Below are positions 18,449 to 27,227 of a stretch of DNA of 64,000 nt, piece after piece. The stretch is from contig JBGAML010000001.1 in assembly GCA_044223005.1 (NCBI GenBank), forward strand, positions 352,001 to 416,000. The letters run 5' to 3'. Source of the DNA: Candidatus Eiseniibacteriota bacterium (GTDB lineage Bacteria > Eisenbacteria > RBG-16-71-46). Positions within the stretch are counted from its first letter, which is position 1. The number at the start of each line of letters is the position of its first letter. Under the pieces are notes generated by a model. That model worked only from the letters and a program-made list of their open reading frames with translations, made no database searches and was not told the DNA's origin. A program made the position numbers and the translations under genes.

Positions 18449-19420
18449 TCACCGGTAGAGCGACTTGAGCTGGCCCCAGGTTCGCGTCCGCGTTGGCGTG
18501 GAGGGACGGCCGAATTCTTGAATGCGAGCGTTTCCGAACTCGCAAACATAGACGTTCCCGACGTCGCTGAGCGTCACGGCGAGCGGCGAGATGAACTGTC
18601 CATCACCGCTCCCGTAACCGCCCCACTCCTCGAGGAAGGTCCCGGTCGACGTAAAGACCTCAACCACATTGCGCATGACATCGACGACATAGACATTGCT
18701 GTTGACATCAACGTCAATGCCTCGAGGATCTTCGAACATTCCCGGCTCCACACCAAATTGGCCGAATGACAACAGGAATGAGCCGTCTGGCGCGAACACC
18801 TTGACCCGCTGGTGATCCGAGTCGGCCACGTATACCTTTCGATCGCCCGCCACGGCGAGGCCATACGGCGAACTCAGCTGCCCGGCCCCGAGAGCGCTAC
18901 CCCATTGACGGAGGAACGTGCCGCCCTGGGTGAACGCTTCAATGCGGTTATTCGCGACATCGGAGACAAGCACCACGCTGTCTCCATCAACCGCCACGGA
19001 AGTCGGCGCGCCGAACTCACCTGCGCCAGCGCCTCTAGTTCCCCACTCCAGGAGGTAGTCGCCAGCGGAAGTGAATTTCTGGATGCGGTAGTTCTCCGCG
19101 TCCGAAACGTAAACGCTTCCTGCGGCATCCACGGCAATGCTGGATGGATAGCTGAACTGTCCAGGCCCAACCCCGCTCGAGCCCCACGCTCGGAGGAAGG
19201 CCCCCGTTGGGCCAAAGACCTGAACCCGTTGATTGTAAGTGTCGGCAACGTAGACGTTGCCGTCTGGCCCAACGGCGACATCCTGTGCTGGTCCAAATTG
19301 TCCAACGGCGCTTCCGTAGGAGCCCCACTTGGTCAGCAGCTGCGGTGGTGCGCCTTCGACTCGAAAAGCACCCAATCCCAAAGCCAGGCTCGCGAGAACC
19401 ACCCCGAGCATGAAGCGCAT
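18449..19420 (-). CDS. Secreted NHL-repeat beta-propeller protein with C-terminal TWGQLKSLYR tail, 323 aa; lower GC
   Basis: MRFMLGVVLASLAL after RBS ggaggag; six NHL repeats; many A/T-ending codons. Confidence 0.9.
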   Translation of the reverse strand: MRFMLGVVLASLALGLGAFRVEGAPPQLLTKWGSYGSAVGQFGPAQDVAVGPDGNVYVADTYNQRVQVFGPTGAFLRAWGSSGVGPGQFSYPSSIAVDAAGSVYVSDAENYRIQKFTSAGDYLLEWGTRGAGAGEFGAPTSVAVDGDSVVLVSDVANNRIEAFTQGGTFLRQWGSALGAGQLSSPYGLAVAGDRKVYVADSDHQRVKVFAPDGSFLLSFGQFGVEPGMFEDPRGIDVDVNSNVYVVDVMRNVVEVFTSTGTFLEEWGGYGSGDGQFISPLAVTLSDVGNVYVCEFGNARIQEFGRPSTPTRTRTWGQLKSLYR

Positions 19421-19641
19421 TTGCTCCTCCACGTGGGCAATGCAGGCGTCAGCCCCTCGAATCGAACGGGGTTGCACCGGCGCACGTCGCGTCGATCTCC
19501 TTCGCGCCCGTCGGGGACGCCGCCGCATGCGTGGGATTGTACAAGCACGAGTTGGATACGAGTGCGCCGCTTCAATTTTCGAAGACCAGCATCGCGGTCT
19601 GATGGACCGAAGCCGTGACCTCGAGCGACTCGAAACGACTC

Positions 19642-19791
19642 GCGGTCGACCCGATCGCCGTGACCGCTTGACCATTGCCGGATAGGACCGGATCCGGATC
19701 CGGTCCTATCCGGCAATGGTCAAGTGCAGGCGAGACACACCGGGCGCGCGTCGTTCGCGACGCGCGCCCCGTGTGCGTCTTCGCCCCTGCG
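19642..19791. repeat. Composite palindromic element copy C, including a perfect 58-bp palindrome at 19667-19724
   Basis: cttgaccattgccggataggaccggatc-cg-gatccggtcctatccggcaatggtcaag. Confidence 0.9.
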
Positions 19792-19896
19792 GGAGCACGC
19801 GCAGCGGCCGACGCTGGCGCTCGTGCTAGCCTTTGCGGGTGCGCGCCCGCGCACCCCCCGCGGGGCGCGCGCGTCCCGCCGCTCCCGGAGGCCGTC

Positions 19897-22383
19897 ATGC
19901 GCCGCGTCGCGCGCGCCCTGTCCAACAGCCTGCTCGTACTCTCGCTCGCCGCTCCGCTCGCCTTCGCCGCGTCCGCGGACGGCGTGATCGACACCAGCCA
20001 CGTGAGCCACGTGGCGTGGCAGGATCGCCGGCCGCTCTGCCCCGTGGACGGGCAGTCGTTCACGGTGAGCCTGCGCGCGCTGCGCAACGACCTGACCGGC
20101 GTGCGTGTGCACGTGTACGACGGCGCGTGGTCGTGGATCGACGCGCAGCGTGCCGGCACGTTCGGTCCGTACGACGTCTGGCAGGCGACCGTGCCGGCCA
20201 CGGCGAGTTCGCAGCTCCGGTACGACTTCCGGGTGCAGGACGGCGCGGCGCTCGCCTGGGTCGACGCGCCGGGCGGAAACGCCGGCTCCGGGGGCGACTC
20301 GTCCGGCTTCTTCGTCGTGGACTACACCACGCTCTCGCACGCGCCCTACGGCGCGACGCTGCTGCCGTCGGGCGGCGCGGTCTTCAAGGTCTGGGCGCCG
20401 CACGCCCCGAGCGCGTGGGTGCGCGGTGAGTTCAACAGCTGGGGCCAGACGGCGATGACGCGCGTCGGCGAGGACTTCGTCGCGCGCGTGCCGGTCGCGT
20501 TCGCGAACCAGCAGTACAAGTACTTCTTCGGCCCCAACGGCTGGTGGGCGCCCGACGCGCGCGGACGCGTGCTCGACCCGGCGAACAACTACTGGAACTC
20601 GCGCCTCTCCGATCCCACGAGCTTCACGTGGACGGACTCGGCGTGGCAGCGGCCCGCGCTGTCGCAGATGGTGATCTACCAGCTCAACGTGGGCACCTTC
20701 TGCGGCCGCAACGACCCGCACGGCGCGACGCCGTTCCCGTCGCGGTTCGTCGACGTCGCCGCGCGCGCCCACGAACTGGCCGCGCTGGGCGTCAACGCGG
20801 TGATGCTGAACCCGGTCACGTCGACGCCGTCGGAGACCTACGCCGGCTACTCGACGCTCACGCCGTGGTCGCCGCAGTTCGAGTACGGCTCGCCGGACGA
20901 CTTCCGCACGCTGGTGAACGCGTTCCACCACGAGGGCATCGCGGTGCTCTGCGACATCGTGTGGAACCACGTGGATCCGTACGTCAACGTGCTCTGGAAC
21001 TACGACGACACGCCCGAGTACTTCGAGAACCCCGCGACACAGACGCCGTGGGGACCGCAGCCCGCGTTCGGCCGGGCAGGCGTGGACGACTACTTCGCCG
21101 CCAGCGCGCTGCACTGGCTCGAGGAATATCACGTGGACGGCTTCCGCATGGACGCGGTGGCGTACATGAACATCGATCCGCACGCGCCGCAGGGCTGGGC
21201 GCTCATGCAGCGCTTCAACACCGAGGTCGAGCGGCGCGCCGCGGGCGCGGTGCGGATCGCCGAGGAGTTCCCGATCGTCGGCGGAGTCGTGCAGCCGGTC
21301 GCGGTGGACGGCGCCGGGTTCGACGCGCAGTACAACGGAGACTACGAGAGCTACCTGCGCTATGCGTTACCGCAGGCGAGCGGCTTCTGGTACTACGGCT
21401 ACTTTCCGCCGCTGCTCGCCTCGCCGTGGCCGGGGCTCACGAACGCGCGCCAGTCGTTCAACTACTTCGAGCTTCACGACAACGCGTGGGACTCGAATGG
21501 CCATCACCGGTTCGTGAGGGACCTCGCCCCGACGCCGGGCGTCGTCGGGGACTCCGCGCGGGCGAGGCTGGCCGTCGCGGTCGGCACGCTGCTCACGACG
21601 CCGGGCGTACCCGCGCTGTTGATGGGCGACGAGTGGGCCGACACGACGAGCTGGGGCACCACGGCCGCGAACCGCATCGACTGGGCGGCCCGCACCGCGA
21701 ACGCCGGCTACTACGCGCTGGTGCGCGATCTGGTCGCACTGCGCACGCGGCTGCCGGCGCTGGCGGCCGATGCGCCTTGCATCCCGACGCACGCCAACTA
21801 CGGCGACGGCGTGTTCGGCTGGATGCGCACCGACGCCGACGGGCGGATCTACCTCGTGATCGCCAACCTCGGCGACTCGAGCTTTCCCTCGTACCTGATC
21901 GGCGCTCCGACCGGCGGCGGCTGGGTCGAACGCTTCAACTCGCAGCGGCTGGGCTACGGCGGCACGGGGCTCACCAACCCCGGCGTACTCGCGGCGGCCG
22001 CGCACGCGCAGGACGGCTACTCGCACCGGCTGGATGTGAAGCTCCCGCGCACGTGCGTCGTGATGTTCGAAGCGTTGAACGCCGCGGAAGTCGAGTACGC
22101 GCCGACGGCGCCCGGCATTGCCCGGGTGTGGCCGAATCCCGCGCGCGGCGCCGCGCAGGTGGAGTTCGGCCTCGCGGCTCCCGGCGAAGTGGCGCTCGAG
22201 GTGCTCGACCTGCAGGGGCGGCGCGTCGCGACGCTGCTCCGCGGTACGCGTCCCGCGGGCACGGCGCGGGCGAGTTGGGACGGCCGCGGCGACGACGGCC
22301 GCCGCGCCGCGCCGGGGCTCTACCTGCTGCGGCTGCGCACGCCGGCCGGCGAGGCGACCAAGCGCCTCGCGTGGCTGCGGTAG
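19897..22383 (+). CDS. Secreted GH13 alpha-amylase family enzyme (CBM48/branching-enzyme-like) with C-terminal FlgD/T9SS-CTD-like domain
   Basis: F.VWAP.A..V.GEFN.W; DIVWNH, DGFRMDAV, IAEE, ELHD catalytic motifs; PNP...DLQGRRV...WDG.......PGLY. Confidence 0.9.
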   Translation: MRRVARALSNSLLVLSLAAPLAFAASADGVIDTSHVSHVAWQDRRPLCPVDGQSFTVSLRALRNDLTGVRVHVYDGAWSWIDAQRAGTFGPYDVWQATVPATASSQLRYDFRVQDGAALAWVDAPGGNAGSGGDSSGFFVVDYTTLSHAPYGATLLPSGGAVFKVWAPHAPSAWVRGEFNSWGQTAMTRVGEDFVARVPVAFANQQYKYFFGPNGWWAPDARGRVLDPANNYWNSRLSDPTSFTWTDSAWQRPALSQMVIYQLNVGTFCGRNDPHGATPFPSRFVDVAARAHELAALGVNAVMLNPVTSTPSETYAGYSTLTPWSPQFEYGSPDDFRTLVNAFHHEGIAVLCDIVWNHVDPYVNVLWNYDDTPEYFENPATQTPWGPQPAFGRAGVDDYFAASALHWLEEYHVDGFRMDAVAYMNIDPHAPQGWALMQRFNTEVERRAAGAVRIAEEFPIVGGVVQPVAVDGAGFDAQYNGDYESYLRYALPQASGFWYYGYFPPLLASPWPGLTNARQSFNYFELHDNAWDSNGHHRFVRDLAPTPGVVGDSARARLAVAVGTLLTTPGVPALLMGDEWADTTSWGTTAANRIDWAARTANAGYYALVRDLVALRTRLPALAADAPCIPTHANYGDGVFGWMRTDADGRIYLVIANLGDSSFPSYLIGAPTGGGWVERFNSQRLGYGGTGLTNPGVLAAAAHAQDGYSHRLDVKLPRTCVVMFEALNAAEVEYAPTAPGIARVWPNPARGAAQVEFGLAAPGEVALEVLDLQGRRVATLLRGTRPAGTARASWDGRGDDGRRAAPGLYLLRLRTPAGEATKRLAWLR

Positions 22384-22396
22384 GCGCGGCCGCTCG

Positions 22397-22453
22397 GAAA
22401 CGCCACGGGGCGCGCGTCGCGAACGACGCGCGCCCCGTGTGCGTTTCGGCGCC
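22397..22453. terminator. Bidirectional hairpin; 22404-22453 identical to 18369-18418
   Basis: cacggggcgcgcgtcg-cgaa-cgacgcgcgccccgtg between convergent genes. Confidence 0.8.
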
Positions 22454-23188
22454 TCAGGTCCGCTTCACGCGGCCCGGCTCGGCGGCGCGGGCGATGTGCT
22501 TGTTCTGGTACATCCGGTTGTCGGCCTCGGTGATCAGCTCGCCGGCCGACATGGCGCCGTCCCATTCGACTACGCCGGTGGAGAGGCGCGACTCGAACGG
22601 CGAGCGGGCGAGGAAGCCGTGCTGGATGCGGCGCGCGAGCACCTCGGCGCCGGCGCGGGTGGCGAACACGATCAGCACGAACTCGTCACCGCCGACGCGA
22701 TAGCCGGTGTCGGTACCGTCGCGCGAACACGAGCGCGTCACGTTGCCGACGACGCGCAGCGTCTCGTCGCCCGCAGCGTGCCCGTAGCGGTCGTTGACGA
22801 TCTTCAGGTCGTCCACGTCCATGAAGAGCAGCGAGAGCGGATGGTCCAGGCGGCGCGAGCGGAGCATCGCCTTGGAGAGCTCGCGCTCGAGCCCGCGGCG
22901 GTTGCCGAGCCCGGTCAGCGGATCGGTGAGCGTGAGCGCCTCGAGGTCGGCGAGATGCTGCGCGGCGGCGGCGCGTTCGCGGCGGAGCAGCACCAGGACC
23001 CAGATCCCGAAGCCGATCGCGAACGCCGACGTGAACGCCAGCGTCCAGAGCTCGCCCGAGGTGAAATCGAACGAGCCTTCGCCGATCCGCGACGCCAGCC
23101 ACGGCAGCACAGCGAGGACCAGCGCGCCGACGATCAGGGCGGCGCGCGGTTCGCGGGTGCGGGCAGGTGCAGGTTCGGGATGGCTCAT
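22454..23188 (-). CDS. Membrane-anchored diguanylate cyclase (GGDEF domain)
   Basis: Two TM segments; DPLTGLGNRR, D.DDLK.VND.YGH..GD, RVGGDEF. Confidence 0.92.
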   Translation of the reverse strand: MSHPEPAPARTREPRAALIVGALVLAVLPWLASRIGEGSFDFTSGELWTLAFTSAFAIGFGIWVLVLLRRERAAAAQHLADLEALTLTDPLTGLGNRRGLERELSKAMLRSRRLDHPLSLLFMDVDDLKIVNDRYGHAAGDETLRVVGNVTRSCSRDGTDTGYRVGGDEFVLIVFATRAGAEVLARRIQHGFLARSPFESRLSTGVVEWDGAMSAGELITEADNRMYQNKHIARAAEPGRVKRT

Positions 23189-23460
23189 CGGATGGGCTCC
23201 TCGGGGGCACTCGTCCGAATGGGAATCGGCATGATGCGCGGGCGGTTTCACCCCGTAAAGCGGCCCCTCCCCGGCCGGGGTTGACGAATCTCGCCGGCCC
23301 GGGGCCGGCGGGCGCACCCGGGCGGCCGGATGGCGCATCCCGAGAGGGCGCCGGGAACGCCCGGGCGCCGCGTGTTTGGCCTCGCGAACGGTTCGCGCGA
23401 CCTGCTAGCTTGCTCCCGATTTCACACCCTTTCGGCCGCGCACCCTGACCCGGAGCAGCC

Positions 23461-23910
23461 ATGCCCGAAGTGACGTCCGACGTGCGGGTCCGCCCGCTCG
23501 ACGAGCTGGATCTCGACGGCATCGTCCGCATCGACGAGAAGATCACCGGCAAGTACCAGCCCGACGTGTGGGAGAAGCGCGTCATGTTCTACATCCGGCG
23601 CGACCCCGGCGCGTCGCAGGTCGCCGAATCGGGCGGCAAGGTCGTCGGCTTCATGCTCGGCGACTGCCGCGCCGGCGAGTTCGGCCTCGAACAGCCCAGC
23701 GGCTGGATCGAGCGCTTCGGGATCGATCCCGATTTCCGCGGCAAGGAACTCGGCCGGCGGATGTTCGACGCCATCTGCGAGCACTTCAAGTCCGAGGGCG
23801 CCACGAGCGTCCGCACCCTGGTCGATCGCCGCGAGGAAGGCCTGACGGGCTTCCTCACCGCCGTCGGCTTCGGCGAATCCCCCCTCGTCGCGCTCGAGCG
23901 CACCCTCTAG
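23461..23910 (+). CDS. GNAT family acetyltransferase
   Basis: VVGFMLG...AGEFG...WIERFGIDPDFRGKELG; RBS ggag. Confidence 0.85.
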   Translation: MPEVTSDVRVRPLDELDLDGIVRIDEKITGKYQPDVWEKRVMFYIRRDPGASQVAESGGKVVGFMLGDCRAGEFGLEQPSGWIERFGIDPDFRGKELGRRMFDAICEHFKSEGATSVRTLVDRREEGLTGFLTAVGFGESPLVALERTL

Positions 23911-23923
23911 GAGAACGGCAGCC

Positions 23924-25267
23924 ATGGCGGTGAAGGTCGAGAACGTCGCGCTCGAGAAGAAGTACCACGACGCGGTCGAGCACTGGACGCGGCACAACTT
24001 CAAGGACTACCCGCTCCTGCTCAAGTACTGGGACAAGTACTTCCCCAAGGACGAGTCGTTCTGCCTCTGCGCCAAGATGGAGCTCGGCACCAGCGACACG
24101 ATCGGCGTCGGCGATTTCAAGGGCGAGAAGAAGCGCCTGAAGCCCGAGGAGCTGACCGAGGAGCAGGCGAAGCACCTGCTCGCGATCGTCCGCGCGCAGG
24201 CGTCGACCGAGTTCGGCTCGATCCAGCAGCATGCGGGCACGATCGACCGCGCGCACGACGACGAGGACAAGTTCTGGACCATGCGCGTGATGGCCGAGGA
24301 GCTCCGGCACGGCTACCAGATGCTGCACCTGCTGCTCTCCGAGGACTGGAGCAGCGTGTCGGGCGGCGTCTCGGGCGAGCAGATGGTCGAGGAGATCCTC
24401 TCCATGACCACGGGCAGCCACGTGCTCGACGCGTTCAACCTCGACTACGACTCGTACACGGACAACGTCGTGTTCGCGGCGTGCATCGACCGCGTCGGCA
24501 AGTACCAGCTCACCATGCAGAAGGTGTGCGCTTACAAGCCCATGGCCGACAGCATGCCGCCCATGCTGCGCGAGGAGGCGTTCCATCTCGCGGCCGGCGT
24601 GATCCCGATGCGGCGCTGGGCGCAGCGCGCCGCGCAGGGCGACGTGTTCATCACCATGAAGATGATGCAGCACGCGCTCAACAAGTGGATCCCGCGCGGG
24701 CTCGAGATGTTCGGCGACGAACGCGGCGGCGACACCAACGTGAAGTTCGGCTTCAAGGACATGAAGAACGACGAGGCGTCGTCGCAGTACCACGACGAGC
24801 TGGTCAAGATGGTGCGCGACATCAACGGCCGCTACCTGCGCGCCCGCTTCCCGTCGTACGCGCCGGACAAGATCGAGCAGGTGCTGTCCGACCTCGAGCG
24901 CTCGCGCGGCAAGCACGAGGGCGTCGCGTTCACGGACCTGCTGCGGGTGCCGGACAAGCGCTTCTTCCGCCGCAAGGGCGTCTACTCGTTCCAGATGGTC
25001 GGGATCGACGGCGAGACGTTCGAGGACGTGGAGGAGTACCTGCGCTACCTGGCCGGGAACCTGAACGAAGGCTACGTCGCGAGCCGCGACATGCGCCTGT
25101 ACGTCGAGGCGCTGCGCAAGGTGGCCGCGGGCGAGCTCTCGCGCGAGGACGCGGTGAAGTCGATGCCCAAGCTCAAGCGCGTCGGCGGCACGTGCCCGTG
25201 CAGCAAGGGCGTGCGCTGGGTGATGGAGGACACGGACGGCGGCCAGACCACCGTCGCGACGCGCTGA
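23924..25267 (+). CDS. Ferritin-like di-iron protein, BoxB/PaaA (aromatic acyl-CoA epoxidase)-like
   Basis: Q.STE, AEELRH, DRVGKYQL, REEAFH: di-iron carboxylate ligand pattern as in BoxB. Confidence 0.75.
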   Translation: MAVKVENVALEKKYHDAVEHWTRHNFKDYPLLLKYWDKYFPKDESFCLCAKMELGTSDTIGVGDFKGEKKRLKPEELTEEQAKHLLAIVRAQASTEFGSIQQHAGTIDRAHDDEDKFWTMRVMAEELRHGYQMLHLLLSEDWSSVSGGVSGEQMVEEILSMTTGSHVLDAFNLDYDSYTDNVVFAACIDRVGKYQLTMQKVCAYKPMADSMPPMLREEAFHLAAGVIPMRRWAQRAAQGDVFITMKMMQHALNKWIPRGLEMFGDERGGDTNVKFGFKDMKNDEASSQYHDELVKMVRDINGRYLRARFPSYAPDKIEQVLSDLERSRGKHEGVAFTDLLRVPDKRFFRRKGVYSFQMVGIDGETFEDVEEYLRYLAGNLNEGYVASRDMRLYVEALRKVAAGELSREDAVKSMPKLKRVGGTCPCSKGVRWVMEDTDGGQTTVATR

Positions 25268-25281
25268 CGGCGGCCGGATCC

Positions 25282-25325
25282 ACGCGAAGCGGCGCGGCCT
25301 CGAGGCCGCGCCGCTTCGTGCGTTT
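25282..25325 (+). terminator. Intrinsic terminator-like hairpin
   Basis: cgaagcggcgcggcc-tcga-ggccgcgccgcttcg followed by tgcgttt. Confidence 0.7.
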
Positions 25326-25525
25326 CGGGGGGCGCCCGGCGCGCCGCCCGCCGATCGGCGGCCCGAGATGCCCGCGATCGCGGGGGCTGCGGGCCGGGGT
25401 GAGGCGGGGGCTGCGGGCCGCCGATAACGAGCGAGGCGACCGCCCGTGGTGACAGCACGGGGGGCGCCGCCTAATATCCGCGCCGCCCCTGTTCGTCCCC
25501 CAGTCCCGTACGCACCGGAGCTGCA

Positions 25526-27130
25526 ATGTCGAAGCGCCCGCCGCACGTCGCCTACTTCTGCATGGAATACGGCCTTCACGAGTCCTTCCCGATCTACTCG
25601 GGCGGCCTCGGGATCCTGGCCGGTGACTTCATCAAGGCCGCCCAGGACCTGCGGCTGCCCATGGTCGCGGTCGGCCTGCTCTGGGCCCGCGGCTACTGCG
25701 TCCAGCGCATCGGCGCGGACGGACGGCCCTACGAGGAGTTCCCCGGCTTCTCCGCGGACTTCCTCCAGGACACCGGCGTCCGGGTGCGCGTGCGCGTCCG
25801 CGGGTCCGAGGTGCAGTGCCGCGTCTGGGTCACGCAGAAGTTCGGGCACATCCCGCTCTTCCTGATCGACCCGATCCGGCACGAGGACCGCTGGATCACG
25901 CACCGGCTCTACGAAGCCGGCACCGACACGCGCATCGCGCAGGAGATGCTGCTGGGCATCGGCGGCGTGCGCGCGCTGTCGTGGCTCGGCTACCCGATCG
26001 CGACCTACCACTTCAACGAGGGTCACGCCGTGTTCGCCGGGCTCGAGATGATCGCCGAGCACATGGAGTCCGGCATGCAGTTCCCGCAGGCGTGGGCCGA
26101 GGTGCGCCAGAAGATCGTCTTCACCACGCACACGCCGGTGAAGGCGGGCAACGAGGAGCACCAGATCAAGGACCTGCGCCGCATGGGTGCGTGCCTGCAG
26201 CTCTCCGGCGCCGAGATGCGGGCGATCGGCGGCGATCCGTTCAACATGACCGTGGCGGGCCTCCGGCTCGCGCGCGAGGCGAACGCCGTCGCGCAGCTGC
26301 ACGGCGAGACGTCGCGCGCCATGTGGGCGGGCGTCGAGAACGCCGCGCCGATCGGCGCGATCACGAACGGCGTGCACCAGCCGACGTGGCAGGCGCCCGA
26401 GATCCTCGCGGCGGGCAGCGACCCCGACAAGGTGTGGGCCGCGCACCTCAAGTGCAAGAACGCCCTGATCGACGAGATCGAGAACCGGCACGAGGTGCGG
26501 CTGGACCCGTCGAACCTGATCGTCGGCTTCGCGCGCCGGGCGGCGAGCTACAAGCGCAGCGACCTCATCCTGCGTGACGAGGCGCGGCTCGCGAAGCTGC
26601 TCGAGCGCGACAACGTGCGCATCGTGTTCGCCGGCAAGGCGCACCCCGACGACGCGACGGGCCGCAACATCGTCGCGCGGCTCGTGCAGGGCGCGCGCAA
26701 GCACCCCGGCAAGGTGTTCTTCCTCGAGAACTACGACATGTCCGTGGGCCGACTGCTGACGCGCGGCTGCGACGTGTGGCTGAACAACCCGATCCGCCCG
26801 CTCGAGGCGAGCGGGACTTCGGGCATGAAGGCGGCCATGAACGGCGTGCTCAACGTGAGCATCCTCGACGGCTGGTGGCCGGAGGGCTGCATCGACGGCG
26901 TCAACGGCTTCGCGATCGGCAAGGGCGAGCCCGGCGACGACGCGCGCGACCTCGAGGCGCTCTACGACTGCATGGAGAACCGCGTCCTGCCCGCGTGGAA
27001 GGACACGAAGCAGTGGCGCAAGATGATGGTCGCGAGCATCCAGATGGGCACGAAGGACTTCAGCTGCGAGCGGATGATCCGCGAGTACTTCGAGCGGTTG
27101 TATCATCTGGAGACCGCGGCGACGACGTAG
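25526..27130 (+). CDS. glgP: Alpha-glucan (glycogen/starch) phosphorylase, short form
   Basis: YFCMEYG, YSGGLGILAGD, HFNEGH, FTTHTP, ITNGVH, GKAHP, EASGTSGMKAAMNG (PLP lysine). Confidence 0.93.
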   Translation: MSKRPPHVAYFCMEYGLHESFPIYSGGLGILAGDFIKAAQDLRLPMVAVGLLWARGYCVQRIGADGRPYEEFPGFSADFLQDTGVRVRVRVRGSEVQCRVWVTQKFGHIPLFLIDPIRHEDRWITHRLYEAGTDTRIAQEMLLGIGGVRALSWLGYPIATYHFNEGHAVFAGLEMIAEHMESGMQFPQAWAEVRQKIVFTTHTPVKAGNEEHQIKDLRRMGACLQLSGAEMRAIGGDPFNMTVAGLRLAREANAVAQLHGETSRAMWAGVENAAPIGAITNGVHQPTWQAPEILAAGSDPDKVWAAHLKCKNALIDEIENRHEVRLDPSNLIVGFARRAASYKRSDLILRDEARLAKLLERDNVRIVFAGKAHPDDATGRNIVARLVQGARKHPGKVFFLENYDMSVGRLLTRGCDVWLNNPIRPLEASGTSGMKAAMNGVLNVSILDGWWPEGCIDGVNGFAIGKGEPGDDARDLEALYDCMENRVLPAWKDTKQWRKMMVASIQMGTKDFSCERMIREYFERLYHLETAATT

Positions 27131-27227
27131 CGAGGCGCTCCCGGGCCCGGCGAGCCGGACCCCGCATCGCCCGTCTCCGCGGTTCGCGGAGGCGGGCGAT
27201 CCCGTTCGCGACGGACCCGGAGGAACC

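Noticed and set aside
18273..22453. Repeats as a CRISPR array or classical integron attC sites
   Set aside because: Spacing is kilobases rather than 30-40 bp; no cas or intI gene in the window; no RYYYAAC/GTTRRRY cores
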